From a virus, in IMG/VR virus record IMGVR_UViG_3300000101_000086: a stretch of DNA of 31,340 nt; one strand, given 5' to 3'. Positions 17,071-24,568 of this stretch are shown in pieces; the first letter of the stretch is position 1, and every line of letters begins with the position of its first letter. The notes under the pieces were generated by a model that was not told the origin of the DNA, did no database searches, and worked only from the letters and a program-made list of their open reading frames with translations. The position numbers and the translations under genes are program-made.

Positions 17071-17253
17071 ATGCCACATCCAATGAAACCAAGTCCACGC
17101 GCAGCTTTAGTAGAGACAGTAGGTGATGCGATAGAAAAAGTGTTAAGAAAAACATTAGCAGATGCAGATTTACGTATGGACATAGCGATTGAAGTATGTG
17201 ATGAGGTGTTGAGAACTATAGATAACAAAACAAAAAAAAGAGAGGCAGTATGA
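17071..17253 (+). CDS. Hypothetical protein (60 aa)
   Basis: ORF with AGGAGAGAGA upstream. Confidence 0.5.
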   Translation: MPHPMKPSPRAALVETVGDAIEKVLRKTLADADLRMDIAIEVCDEVLRTIDNKTKKREAV

Positions 17254-17447
17254 GTTTATTTACGAATATAGAAGAAGTAGAAGATCAAGAGTTTTGCTGG
17301 AGTTCCTATCAACAGGAAGTAATTGCAAAATATAAAAAAGATTACGGATCTTTAGAAAAAGCAGTTGTAGTGATTGATGCAGAAATTCAAAGTATGCAGG
17401 CTACAATCACTGCATTAAGAGAACTAGTAAACTGGGAGAGCGAATGA
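17250..17447 (+). CDS. Hypothetical protein (65 aa)
   Basis: ORF with 4-nt overlaps on both sides. Confidence 0.5.
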   Translation: MSLFTNIEEVEDQEFCWSSYQQEVIAKYKKDYGSLEKAVVVIDAEIQSMQATITALRELVNWESE

Positions 17448-17857
17448 TATACGAAGAATATAATAAGTTTAGAGAGGACATGTTTGCGGAAGCCTCAAAG
17501 ATTAGTGATAATAAGTCTATTGAGTATACGATTAGTAATGAAGATAAATTTTATAATTTTAAGCATGTTGCGGAACGGCTTGGAATTACTTCAAAGCAGG
17601 CACTAATGGTATATGTCTTAAAACATGTCGATGCAATATGCAACGATGCAAAAACAGGAAAAACTCACAGCGATGAAACCACATACCAAAGGTGCTTAGA
17701 CGTAGTTAATTATATGGTTTTATATGCTGCAATGGATAAGGAAAGTACACATGCACATAATACTAAGCCAAATGGAATTAAGACTAGCAAAAGCACTAGC
17801 GAAAGCAAAAATGGATCAGAACCAAGCAAATGGAATGATTTCCAACGGACCACGTAG
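17444..17857 (+). CDS. Possible all-alpha NTP-pyrophosphohydrolase-like (MazG/DUF1599-like) protein
   Basis: K-x-x-EY ... KHVDAI ... E-x(6)-LD-x-x-NY spacing is reminiscent of MazG-like helical proteins. This is weak motif-level evidence. The C-terminal ~35 aa are low complexity and overlap the next gene. Confidence 0.3.
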   Translation: MIYEEYNKFREDMFAEASKISDNKSIEYTISNEDKFYNFKHVAERLGITSKQALMVYVLKHVDAICNDAKTGKTHSDETTYQRCLDVVNYMVLYAAMDKESTHAHNTKPNGIKTSKSTSESKNGSEPSKWNDFQRTT

Positions 17858-18224
17858 TTTAGAAATAGATTTACGTGGTGTCAGCGGTGAATTAGCCGTT
17901 TGTAAGAAATATAATACCTATCCAGATATGGTCATAGGTCCTCATTATAGTGGTTATGACTTAATATATAATAACATCAGAATCGATGTAAAGACCACCA
18001 AGTTTAAAAGTGGTTACCTGCAAGCCAAATTAAAAAAGCAACATACAGATTGTGACGTATTTATATTAGTGCGTGATGATTCTCCTAAGTTTATCCTAGA
18101 AGGCTGGATACCATCCATAGATTTTTTAACGCAGGATAATATAATGGACCTTGGCTATGGTAATAAGTTTACATTGCAGGCAGATCAGCTACGTCCAATG
18201 AGCGAGTTAGATCAGTATGCATAG
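17751..18224 (+). CDS. PD-(D/E)XK-fold nuclease-like protein
   Basis: GVSGELAV ... GYDLIY ... IDVKTT matches a D...(D/E)xK arrangement. I prefer the ATG at 17751 (AAGGA 8 nt upstream). The listed 17724 start and later Mets at 17772, 17811 and 17835 remain possible. Confidence 0.5.
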   Translation: MHIILSQMELRLAKALAKAKMDQNQANGMISNGPRSLEIDLRGVSGELAVCKKYNTYPDMVIGPHYSGYDLIYNNIRIDVKTTKFKSGYLQAKLKKQHTDCDVFILVRDDSPKFILEGWIPSIDFLTQDNIMDLGYGNKFTLQADQLRPMSELDQYA

Positions 18225-18603
18225 TATGACCAAAGGCAAGATAGGTGAACTGGCGATACGTCAAGACCTTCTCTCTAAAGGTTATAATGTATATCTACCA
18301 GAAGTAGATGTTACGCAGGTAGATATGATAGTAGAGACATCAACCTATGCTATTAAGCGTGTACAGATAAAGTGTATTACAAAATTACGCAGAGGTACAG
18401 CCGTAGAAGTCGATACTACAAAGTATAAAGATACCAACAGAGTAGATGTAATTGCAGTATACTATGAGCCTAAAAATATAATTGCATATGTACCATACGA
18501 GAATACTCATGCAATTAGTTTAGCATTAACGACAGGTAAGAATAATCAAACAAAGGGCAGGAAATGGTTCTATTCATATGAGCAGTTTCCTGATTTTAGC
18601 TAA
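18217..18603 (+). CDS. PD-(D/E)XK endonuclease (PDDEXK_5 / intron-associated-endonuclease-like family)
   Basis: KGKIGELAIRQDLLSKGYNVYLPEVD ... VDMIVE ... RVQIK is the characteristic layout of this family. Confidence 0.6.
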   Translation: MHSMTKGKIGELAIRQDLLSKGYNVYLPEVDVTQVDMIVETSTYAIKRVQIKCITKLRRGTAVEVDTTKYKDTNRVDVIAVYYEPKNIIAYVPYENTHAISLALTTGKNNQTKGRKWFYSYEQFPDFS

Positions 18604-18827
18604 TGAGTGACTTAAAAATAAAATATGCAGGTAGTATTGATTATGATGATGAAAATGGTGAGTGGACAGATGATATTATCTGGGGAAGTAATTATGCGGA
18701 GTTTATTGAGGATATGAAAGCACATATGAAAAAACGCAAGAATAGTAGTGTATTATTTGCAGCAAAGTATGTAAATAATCAAGAACGTGATATAACAATG
18801 CAGGTAAAGGCGGATTGCAATGGATGA
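18603..18827 (+). CDS. Hypothetical protein (74 aa)
   Basis: ORF coupled to the upstream gene by TAATG. Confidence 0.5.
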   Translation: MSDLKIKYAGSIDYDDENGEWTDDIIWGSNYAEFIEDMKAHMKKRKNSSVLFAAKYVNNQERDITMQVKADCNG

Positions 18828-19074
18828 TTACTTTATCAAGCTAAGTTCGATTGAAAATGAGGTCGTAAGTAACACGAAAAAGAATTTAGATGCTACTCTT
18901 GCAGATAAGTATATTTACTTTTGTACTAGTTGCAAGACATGTTGGGAAGTGACAAAAACAAAATGGCATCATCGTATTGAATATTATGATAATTTTCCAT
19001 CGTATAAGAAGAAAAGAAAGATTTGTGAAAGATGTACACCTGACAAAAATGTGGAACAAGAGGATGAATCCTAA
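18820..19074 (+). CDS. Zinc-ribbon protein (84 aa)
   Basis: Two Cys pairs: CTSCKTC and CERC. Confidence 0.5.
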   Translation: MDDYFIKLSSIENEVVSNTKKNLDATLADKYIYFCTSCKTCWEVTKTKWHHRIEYYDNFPSYKKKRKICERCTPDKNVEQEDES

Positions 19075-19085
19075 GTTGGCTTTGG

Positions 19086-19114
19086 TTGACACAGCCATGT
19101 CAGGTGTATTTAAT
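19086..19114 (+). promoter_or_regulatory. Candidate sigma70-type promoter (TTGACA-17 nt-TTTAAT)
   Basis: The hexamers are at 19086..19091 and 19109..19114 in the 54-nt gap before the small membrane ORF. The spacer contains a TGACA-N6-TGTCA inverted repeat. Confidence 0.4.
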
Positions 19115-19128
19115 AATAGGAGTCTAAA

Positions 19129-19269
19129 ATGATAATGTTCGATATAGCAGAATGGATTGCGAATGTGCTAGTGTTAGGTTTAGGAGTATTCTTTTGGATG
19201 CTCGCACTTGCAATTGGCTTTTTAATTATCGATGAACTAAGAAGAACCATAAGGAGAGAATATGAGTAG
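19129..19269 (+). CDS. Small membrane protein (46 aa)
   Basis: Not in the ORF track. Hand translation: MIMFDIAEWIANVLVLGLGVFFWMLALAIGFLIIDELRRTIRREYE. It has AGGAG 6 nt upstream. Confidence 0.4.
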   Translation: MIMFDIAEWIANVLVLGLGVFFWMLALAIGFLIIDELRRTIRREYE

Positions 19270-19918
19270 AACAAAACTACATGGTCAAAACTATGTATTA
19301 AAGGACGGCAAACGCGCTGCCAGTGTAACTACAGTAATTAATAATCAGCTTGGCTGGAATAAGAATACATTGATAGCGTGGGCAAAAAGAATCACAGCGC
19401 AAGGCGATGATGCGGATGAAGTAATGCGTGAGGCAGGACATATTGGTACATTATGCCATTTAATGATTCAAGGTTATTTGGATGGGTTTGATGTCGATAC
19501 ACGAGATTACACACCAAACCAGGAAGAGCAGGCACTAAAAGCATTTATAGGATTTAGGAATTGGTACGATAAAGCCAATTTTAAAGCATTAAAAAATGAA
19601 TTTGCCTTAGTAAACGAGGAATTACGTGTCGGTGGAACAGTCGATTGCATTGGTAAAATTGATGATGATCTTGTATTAGTGGACTGGAAGACCTCGAAAG
19701 GTGGACCATATCCAGAAATGATAGTGCAGTTAGGAGCATATACGATGATGTTTGAAGCTGCGCAGCCAAAAGCGAAGATCGCTTATGGTGTTATTATGAG
19801 GTTTGGTAAGGAAGATGGAAAGTTTCATAAGCATGTCATTAGTCGTGAAAAGCTCGATATTGGTGCGCAGGTATTCAGGCATTGTTGTGCGCTGTATTCT
19901 TTGCGTAGCAAACTCTAA
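19262..19918 (+). CDS. PD-(D/E)XK (RecB/Cas4-like fold) exonuclease
   Basis: GGTVDCIG ... LVLVDWKTSK ... QLGAY matches the D / (D/E)xK / QxxxY motifs of phage recombination exonucleases. Confidence 0.6.
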   Translation: MSRTKLHGQNYVLKDGKRAASVTTVINNQLGWNKNTLIAWAKRITAQGDDADEVMREAGHIGTLCHLMIQGYLDGFDVDTRDYTPNQEEQALKAFIGFRNWYDKANFKALKNEFALVNEELRVGGTVDCIGKIDDDLVLVDWKTSKGGPYPEMIVQLGAYTMMFEAAQPKAKIAYGVIMRFGKEDGKFHKHVISREKLDIGAQVFRHCCALYSLRSKL

Positions 19919-21765
19919 TGTTGCCTAGTGACGTATTCTCCAAAATAACCAATAACGGAACACGAGCATACTGCCCAAAGTGCGATGATAAAGCAAGTCG
20001 CATCCAAGGCACAGTGCAGATTAATGCGGATTATGCGTATTGTCATAAGTGTTTAGGACATTGGGATTTTGTTGGAGAATCCGATAAAACCGCCAAGATA
20101 GAATATAATTTAAAGAATACCACACCAAAAGTTGCCAGTAAAGAAGTAGAAAAGAGTGGCTACGCAGAGGCACGTTCACTGTTTATTGCACATTGGGATT
20201 TGGTGATCCAGGAATTGGACCTTCCCTGGAATAAACAATGTATCTATATGCCAGTTGGTGTACGCAGAGATGAGAAAAAGAAAGCTCAACTCGTATTTCA
20301 GATTACAGATAATCATGTAAAGTATCATAAAGGAGCGCAGTTCGGTGATGCAAAGTGTAAGGTGTTTGAGACTCCGCATCTCTCCAATGAATACCTACTC
20401 ATCTGCGAAGGTGAGAAAGATGTCATCACCGCTTACTGCAATGGCGTACCTGCGCTGACTTTTACGTCTGGTGCAGGTGCGCTGCCTGCTGAAGTAACCT
20501 TGCCATCTCAATATAATAAGGTATACATTGTGTATGATAACGATGAAAAAGGCGAGGAAGGCGCAAAAAAACTAGCGAAACGGCTTTTTGGCACTGGTGT
20601 TGAATTGTATCTTATGCAGTGGAAAGATAAGGCGGACCGCTACGATCTTACGGATTGGTTTCACGATGGACATACGATGGATGAATTGATTGGATCGTGT
20701 GTTCGATTTGGGGATAAGCCTGAAGATTTAGGTGGGATGCGCAGGTTTAGTCCTAGTCAATTTGCGCAGACGTTTACTAAGATGCCAGAGCCGATCATTG
20801 AAAGTATGTTTTTTGAGAAAGACTTAATGGGATTGGCAGGTGGTACGAATGTGGGGAAGTCGGTGATGAGTATGCAGTTGTCGGCGTGCCTTGCGATGGG
20901 AGTGCCGTTTCTTAACTTTCGTATTCCAAAGCCACGTAAGGTGATGCACGTGCAGTTTGAATTGAAAGATGAAGGATTCCGTGTGCTGTTGGAACGCACC
21001 GCAGGATATGTTTTAGATCAGTATCCAAAGGAAGCTCATTTATTTGAGGAGAATTGCAGTATTTTGAGTAGTGGGCAGATTGATGTATTTACGGATAAAT
21101 GGGATCAAATAGATAGTAACCTGACCTTTGAACCACGTGATGTGCTGGTGGTGGACAATCTATATACTAGTACCAATAAGAATGTAAGTAAAAATGAAGA
21201 TGTGATGCATTTGCTACGTAAGATGGTGAATTTGAAGAACAAGCATAATGTGGCCATTGTGGTGGTGAGTCATCATAAGAAGCTCGGTGAAGCGAGTCCT
21301 TTGGATGTTAGTCATATGTTAGGTGGTAGTGCATATACAAATCATCTGGATGGGATTGTGCAGTTGGCGAGTAGTAATCGGATGCCTGGATTAAAGGTAA
21401 TGAAAATCACGAAGGTGCGCAGTCACAATGATCTTCATGGTGTGCCAGTTGGGATTAAAATGGTGAATGATCCAGATGGCTTTCTACACTTTGAATATTT
21501 GAAGCCACTTCCAAAGAATGAGATGTTTTGGTATACCGATCCTGCGGAGTCGATAGAAGAAAAAGTATTGAAAGCAGTTGTGACAGATGGTCATAATTTT
21601 AATATGAATGCATTTGCTTCTGCGCTGGAAGCGGTGGCTGGATTGAAGAGTAATACTGCTGTTTACAATTGGTTAGATCGGATGGAAAATCAAGGTTTAA
21701 TTATGAAGGTATCTCATGGAAACTATAGAAAACTTGAGAGTGAATTGGATGGATTCCAGGAATAG
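19918..21765 (+). CDS. Bifunctional DNA primase / replicative helicase (zinc finger + Toprim + RecA-like NTPase)
   Basis: It has an N-terminal CPKC...CHKC zinc finger and Toprim motifs ICEGEKDV and YDNDEKGEEG. It also has Walker A GGTNVGKS and Walker B-like VLVVDNL. Confidence 0.85.
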   Translation: MLPSDVFSKITNNGTRAYCPKCDDKASRIQGTVQINADYAYCHKCLGHWDFVGESDKTAKIEYNLKNTTPKVASKEVEKSGYAEARSLFIAHWDLVIQELDLPWNKQCIYMPVGVRRDEKKKAQLVFQITDNHVKYHKGAQFGDAKCKVFETPHLSNEYLLICEGEKDVITAYCNGVPALTFTSGAGALPAEVTLPSQYNKVYIVYDNDEKGEEGAKKLAKRLFGTGVELYLMQWKDKADRYDLTDWFHDGHTMDELIGSCVRFGDKPEDLGGMRRFSPSQFAQTFTKMPEPIIESMFFEKDLMGLAGGTNVGKSVMSMQLSACLAMGVPFLNFRIPKPRKVMHVQFELKDEGFRVLLERTAGYVLDQYPKEAHLFEENCSILSSGQIDVFTDKWDQIDSNLTFEPRDVLVVDNLYTSTNKNVSKNEDVMHLLRKMVNLKNKHNVAIVVVSHHKKLGEASPLDVSHMLGGSAYTNHLDGIVQLASSNRMPGLKVMKITKVRSHNDLHGVPVGIKMVNDPDGFLHFEYLKPLPKNEMFWYTDPAESIEEKVLKAVVTDGHNFNMNAFASALEAVAGLKSNTAVYNWLDRMENQGLIMKVSHGNYRKLESELDGFQE

Positions 21766-21780
21766 CCGTGGTGTGGAGAA

Positions 21781-21897
21781 GCGGAATATGAAGAATATGC
21801 GGAATTTCAAATTCCGTTTGGTGTTTTTGGAACGGAATATAAATCGTGCTTGTATGTACAAGAGAGAGAGATATTCTTCATTTTCTTTATATTCCGC
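21781..21897. repeat. Iteron-like cluster: five copies of CGGAAT(A/T)T in both orientations, including the 17-bp palindrome CGGAATTTCAAATTCCG
   Basis: The copies are at 21781..21789 (+), 21799..21807 (+), 21809..21816 (-), 21832..21840 (+) and 21889..21897 (-). The palindrome is at 21800..21816 and an (AG)5 tract at 21861..21870. Confidence 0.55.
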
Positions 21898-21974
21898 TTT
21901 CTAGACACGCTAGTGATTTACGCTGAAAAATGTCCATTATCGGAGAAAAAGGATAAATCCTGCGAATGGGCATT

Positions 21975-22119
21975 TATGGCTAGTGATGGACTGCGCTGTG
22001 GCATGGTGATTGAGTGGTATGAAGACACACGAGTTTGCAATTTAGATCGGTGCTGGATTGGAATGTTGAGTCGTGACAAATTGGCGTGGCGGAACAGAAT
22101 GCTGAAGAAAAAAAAATAA
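21975..22119 (+). CDS. Doubtful small ORF (47 aa from the internal Met of listed ORF 21850..22119; Trp/Cys-rich)
   Basis: It is the only + strand ORF not overlapping the repeat cluster. There is no convincing SD and the composition is odd. It may be non-coding. Confidence 0.2.
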
Positions 22120-22128
22120 CCACGCCAG

Positions 22129-22163
22129 TATAATATAATAACCCTGAGCATATAATATAATAA
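22129..22163. repeat. Two copies of TATAATATAATAA spaced 22 bp apart, in the AT-rich non-coding region
   Basis: The copies are at 22129..22141 and 22151..22163. Confidence 0.5.
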
Positions 22164-22430
22164 GCACCAAATAATGCCAAAAAGCGCGTAAAAATGCGCA
22201 AAAAATAAATCGAAATAAAAATTTCATATAATTTATATTATGTATAATAGGATTAAAAATACAAGTTATGAGATGTAAAAAAGCATGTAAATATCTAACG
22301 TTATTTAGTCAATGTTTTGAATTATGATAGTATTTAAACGGCGTTTAATACTTATAATTGATTATAGTTTAAAAGCTCTAAATTTAGGCTTTAAAGCTCG
22401 TTAAATTGTTTTGCTTGGTTCATGTTAGAC

Positions 22431-22463
22431 CAAAAAAAAAGCCGTATAAATACGGCTCTTTTT
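22431..22463. terminator. Bidirectional rho-independent terminator (A9 - GCCGTA taaa TACGGC - TCTTTTT)
   Basis: The stem is 22441..22446 / 22451..22456. It is flanked by an A9 run (a T9 run on the minus strand) and a T-rich run. It lies between the convergent rightward and leftward units. Confidence 0.75.
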
Positions 22464-22604
22464 AGTTTGTTTTATAGTGTTCTAGTTGTCCATTGAATAA
22501 ACAAATATTAACGCTATTATGAAGTATATTAAAATTTCATACATAAACGCATTATTACAATAAAGATCCATAAAACAAAAAATAGGTCCATTAATTCAAA
22601 TAGT

Positions 22605-22814
22605 TTATTCATTTTCAGACTCATAATTTTTTAAAGCTGCAATAATGGCTCTTTTAGCTTCTTTTTTATTAGGCGCTAAAAAATACACCATTTCAAACAC
22701 AGAATACAAAACACCGTAAACAATGCAAAAAACATCAAAATTCAACCACTTTTTTTTATTTAAAAATTTATTAGTATCTTTTATTACTTTATTATATTGT
22801 TTGTGTTTATTCAT
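22605..22814 (-). CDS. Small membrane protein (69 aa), last gene of the leftward cassette
   Basis: The hydrophobic core is FDVFCIVYGVLYSVFEMVYFLA. It is preceded by the conserved AAAGAGAGGTAACAAATG. Confidence 0.6.
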   Translation of the reverse strand: MNKHKQYNKVIKDTNKFLNKKKWLNFDVFCIVYGVLYSVFEMVYFLAPNKKEAKRAIIAALKNYESENE

Positions 22815-22829
22815 TTGTTACCTCTCTTT

Positions 22830-22994
22830 TTAATTAGTATTTAAATTTAAAGATATTATTAAACTTGCTAAACTTTTAAAGGCTTCCTGTTTTTTTTGGT
22901 CATATTCTTTTAAAGTCTCTTTTTTATCTTTTAATAAATTAAAATCATCTGATAAAATCATTAAATTTAATATGTATTTTTTTTCTTTATTCAT
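22830..22994 (-). CDS. Hypothetical protein (54 aa)
   Basis: Not in the ORF track. Hand translation: MNKEKKYILNLMILSDDFNLLKDKKETLKEYDQKKQEAFKSLASLIISLNLNTN. It is preceded by the same AAAGAGAGGTAACAAATG element. Confidence 0.5.
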   Translation of the reverse strand: MNKEKKYILNLMILSDDFNLLKDKKETLKEYDQKKQEAFKSLASLIISLNLNTN

Positions 22995-23015
22995 TTGTTA
23001 CCTCTCTTTTTTTGT

Positions 23016-23591
23016 TTAATGTAAGACTAAGCCTACTTTATTTGTAGTGATCATTTTCATGTCGTTAACGCTGCAATCAGTGAAGCGCGCTTTTTTTAAC
23101 TCTTCTAAGCTGTTAAAAATTACGGCTTTTTTATCAGTGTCTTTTATTAAGTGGTCCGCCTTGCCGCCAGTAGAAAAGCAAAAAATAAAATTTTGCGGTA
23201 GATCTACTTTTTTGAATAAAGGAACGCTTTTTGTATATCCATAAAAAATTACGTTTGGATTGCCGCGCGCAATTTCTAACCATGCTTTAAGATATTTTAA
23301 GTTATAAAAATCACCGCTGGAATGTATGCGGACATATTCAATATGTTTTTTTATTAACTCGTTTTGAACTACTTTAATGAAAAGATCTTTATTTTTGGTT
23401 AGTTCATAATTACTGTGATATTTTGCCTGGACTACTGGATATTTAAACGTCCCTTTATCCGCGTAGCAAATTTCTTTGCACGTGTCCGCAAATGGACAGG
23501 TACTTACCGCGGGTAAATTAAACTCGAATAAGCGTACGTTATTTAATTTAGCGGTCTTTTTTATTTTGCTGTTTGTGTTTGTTAATATCAT
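23016..23591 (-). CDS. GP88-like protein with CX5CX3C motif (191 aa), function unknown
   Basis: LPAVSTCPFADTCKEICYADKG ... VRIHSSGDF ... FYGYTK resembles the Pfam GP88 (phage gene product 88) family layout as I remember it. It is preceded by the conserved RBS element. Confidence 0.45.
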   Translation of the reverse strand: MILTNTNSKIKKTAKLNNVRLFEFNLPAVSTCPFADTCKEICYADKGTFKYPVVQAKYHSNYELTKNKDLFIKVVQNELIKKHIEYVRIHSSGDFYNLKYLKAWLEIARGNPNVIFYGYTKSVPLFKKVDLPQNFIFCFSTGGKADHLIKDTDKKAVIFNSLEELKKARFTDCSVNDMKMITTNKVGLVLH

Positions 23592-23875
23592 TTGTTACCT
23601 CTCTTTTTTAGTTCAGTTTTAAAATCAGTAGTTAATAAACTATAAGTGTAATTTCTTGTATTATATGAATAGCCAAATATATTTATATTACACTCTTTGC
23701 AAAATTCTAAGCCGTGATCAATTGCACCGTTTAATGCGTAGTTGTATGGTATTGTTACGGTTGTTTTACGTTCTGAATTTCTACCGTTGTAAAACGTATC
23801 GGTTAATTTAATGCGCGTGCCTTGGGTATTGGTTGCGCTTAATTTTTTTACTTGTATGGTTCTTAGTTTCTTCAT
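23588..23875 (-). CDS. Hypothetical protein (95 aa), first gene of the leftward cassette
   Basis: ORF with AAAGAGAGGTAATAAATG upstream. An ATGA overlap couples it to the next gene. Confidence 0.6.
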   Translation of the reverse strand: MKKLRTIQVKKLSATNTQGTRIKLTDTFYNGRNSERKTTVTIPYNYALNGAIDHGLEFCKECNINIFGYSYNTRNYTYSLLTTDFKTELKKRGNK

Positions 23876-23931
23876 TTATTACCTCTCTTTAGTTTCTCTT
23901 TTTATTTAATGCGGCTCTCATTCCGCGGTTA

Positions 23932-23960
23932 AATGTAGTTAATTAATTAAAGCGTGTCAA
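23932..23960 (-). promoter_or_regulatory. Candidate sigma70-type promoter of the leftward cassette (TTGACA-17 nt-TACATT on the minus strand)
   Basis: The -35 element is the reverse complement of 23955..23960 and the -10 element is the reverse complement of 23932..23937. The -35 is embedded in the TGTCAACACT motif. Confidence 0.5.
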
Positions 23961-23964
23961 CACT
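23955..23964. promoter_or_regulatory. Copy of the 10-mer TGTCAACACT (operator half-site / extended -35)
   Basis: It matches exactly the right arm of the 15651..15684 palindrome. Confidence 0.5.
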
Positions 23965-24198
23965 TAATGAAATAAAATTTATCACACCAAACAAAATTAA
24001 AAAGAAATTAAACGAACTGATAAAAAAGTCAATGTTTTAAATTCTTTTTTGTGCTAAAAAAACTAAGTGTAACAATATCTAGAGTTACAGTTACAAATAA
24101 TTTCGCATAACATCTATTATGTATAATTGGAACGGATGCACCAAGGCAAAACCTCATTTTCGCCACTTACCGCGTCTTAAATTTTTTCTTTTCGTTTT

Positions 24199-24208
24199 TG
24201 TCAACACT
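24199..24208. promoter_or_regulatory. Copy of the 10-mer TGTCAACACT, 19 nt upstream of the late regulator start
   Basis: It is an exact match. On the minus strand it gives TTGACA-17 nt-TTTAAG. Confidence 0.45.
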
Positions 24209-24226
24209 CTATGCTTAATTTCACAT

Positions 24227-24568
24227 ATGGAAGAAGTTTGGTCTAACTTAACAGACGAAAATACTGATAAATGGCTACATGCTATCAACCGCGCAGATCG
24301 CTACCACCTACGCATGTTAGTTTTCCGAAGTGGTATGATTGAACCAGAACTGCGTAATCTCCAACTTGCTGCGCATAAGTTTTATGATTTGATGTCTCCG
24401 CAGGAGCTACGTGTGTTTAAGCAACGCACATTAGGTCACACTTTTGTGGATATTGCAGTGGAGATGCAAATAACAGAATCCAGCGTTAAAGAATACTGGC
24501 GCAGAACATTAAAGAAAATCGGTGATGTCATCGAAAAGACTAATAGCGATGAAGAAAAAGAAAGTTGA
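24227..24568 (+). CDS. Sigma-70 region-4-like / LuxR-type HTH regulator (candidate late-gene activator, RinA/ArpU-like position)
   Basis: LSPQELRVFKQRTLGHTFVDIAVEMQITESSVKEYWRRTLKKI is a region-4-type HTH. I prefer the ATG at 24227, because the listed 24119 start would run the ORF through the regulatory region. It lies immediately upstream of terS. Confidence 0.55.
   Translation: MEEVWSNLTDENTDKWLHAINRADRYHLRMLVFRSGMIEPELRNLQLAAHKFYDLMSPQELRVFKQRTLGHTFVDIAVEMQITESSVKEYWRRTLKKIGDVIEKTNSDEEKES

Noticed and set aside
22082-22127. 8-bp inverted repeat TGGCGTGG...CCACGCCA spanning the end of the doubtful small ORF
   Set aside because: The 30-nt loop contains an A-run and no U-tract follows. It may contribute to origin or RNA structure but cannot be called a terminator.
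21716-22227. ORFs 21716..21904 (+), 21850..21974 part of 21850..22119 (+), 21918..22151 (-), 21980..22201 (-) and 22042..22227 (-)
   Set aside because: They overlap one another in several frames. They also run through the helicase 3' end, the CGGAAT repeat cluster and the TATAAT-rich repeats. None has an SD, and their composition is implausible (Phe/Ile/Leu/Cys runs). I treat the region as regulatory/origin DNA. Only the 21975..22119 segment is kept, as a low-confidence ORF.
23047-23244. + strand ORF antisense to the GP88-like gene, and minus ORF 24509..24769 antisense to the regulator/terS genes
   Set aside because: Both are shadow ORFs within better-supported genes on the opposite strand, and neither has an initiation signal.
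24119-24226. N-terminal extension of the sigma-like regulator ORF (listed start 24119)
   Set aside because: The extension (MYNWNGCTKAKPHFRHLPRLKFFLFVFVNTLCLISH) starts inside a TATAAT box and reads through the TGTCAACACT motif and T-runs. The in-frame ATG at 24227 gives a compact HTH protein.
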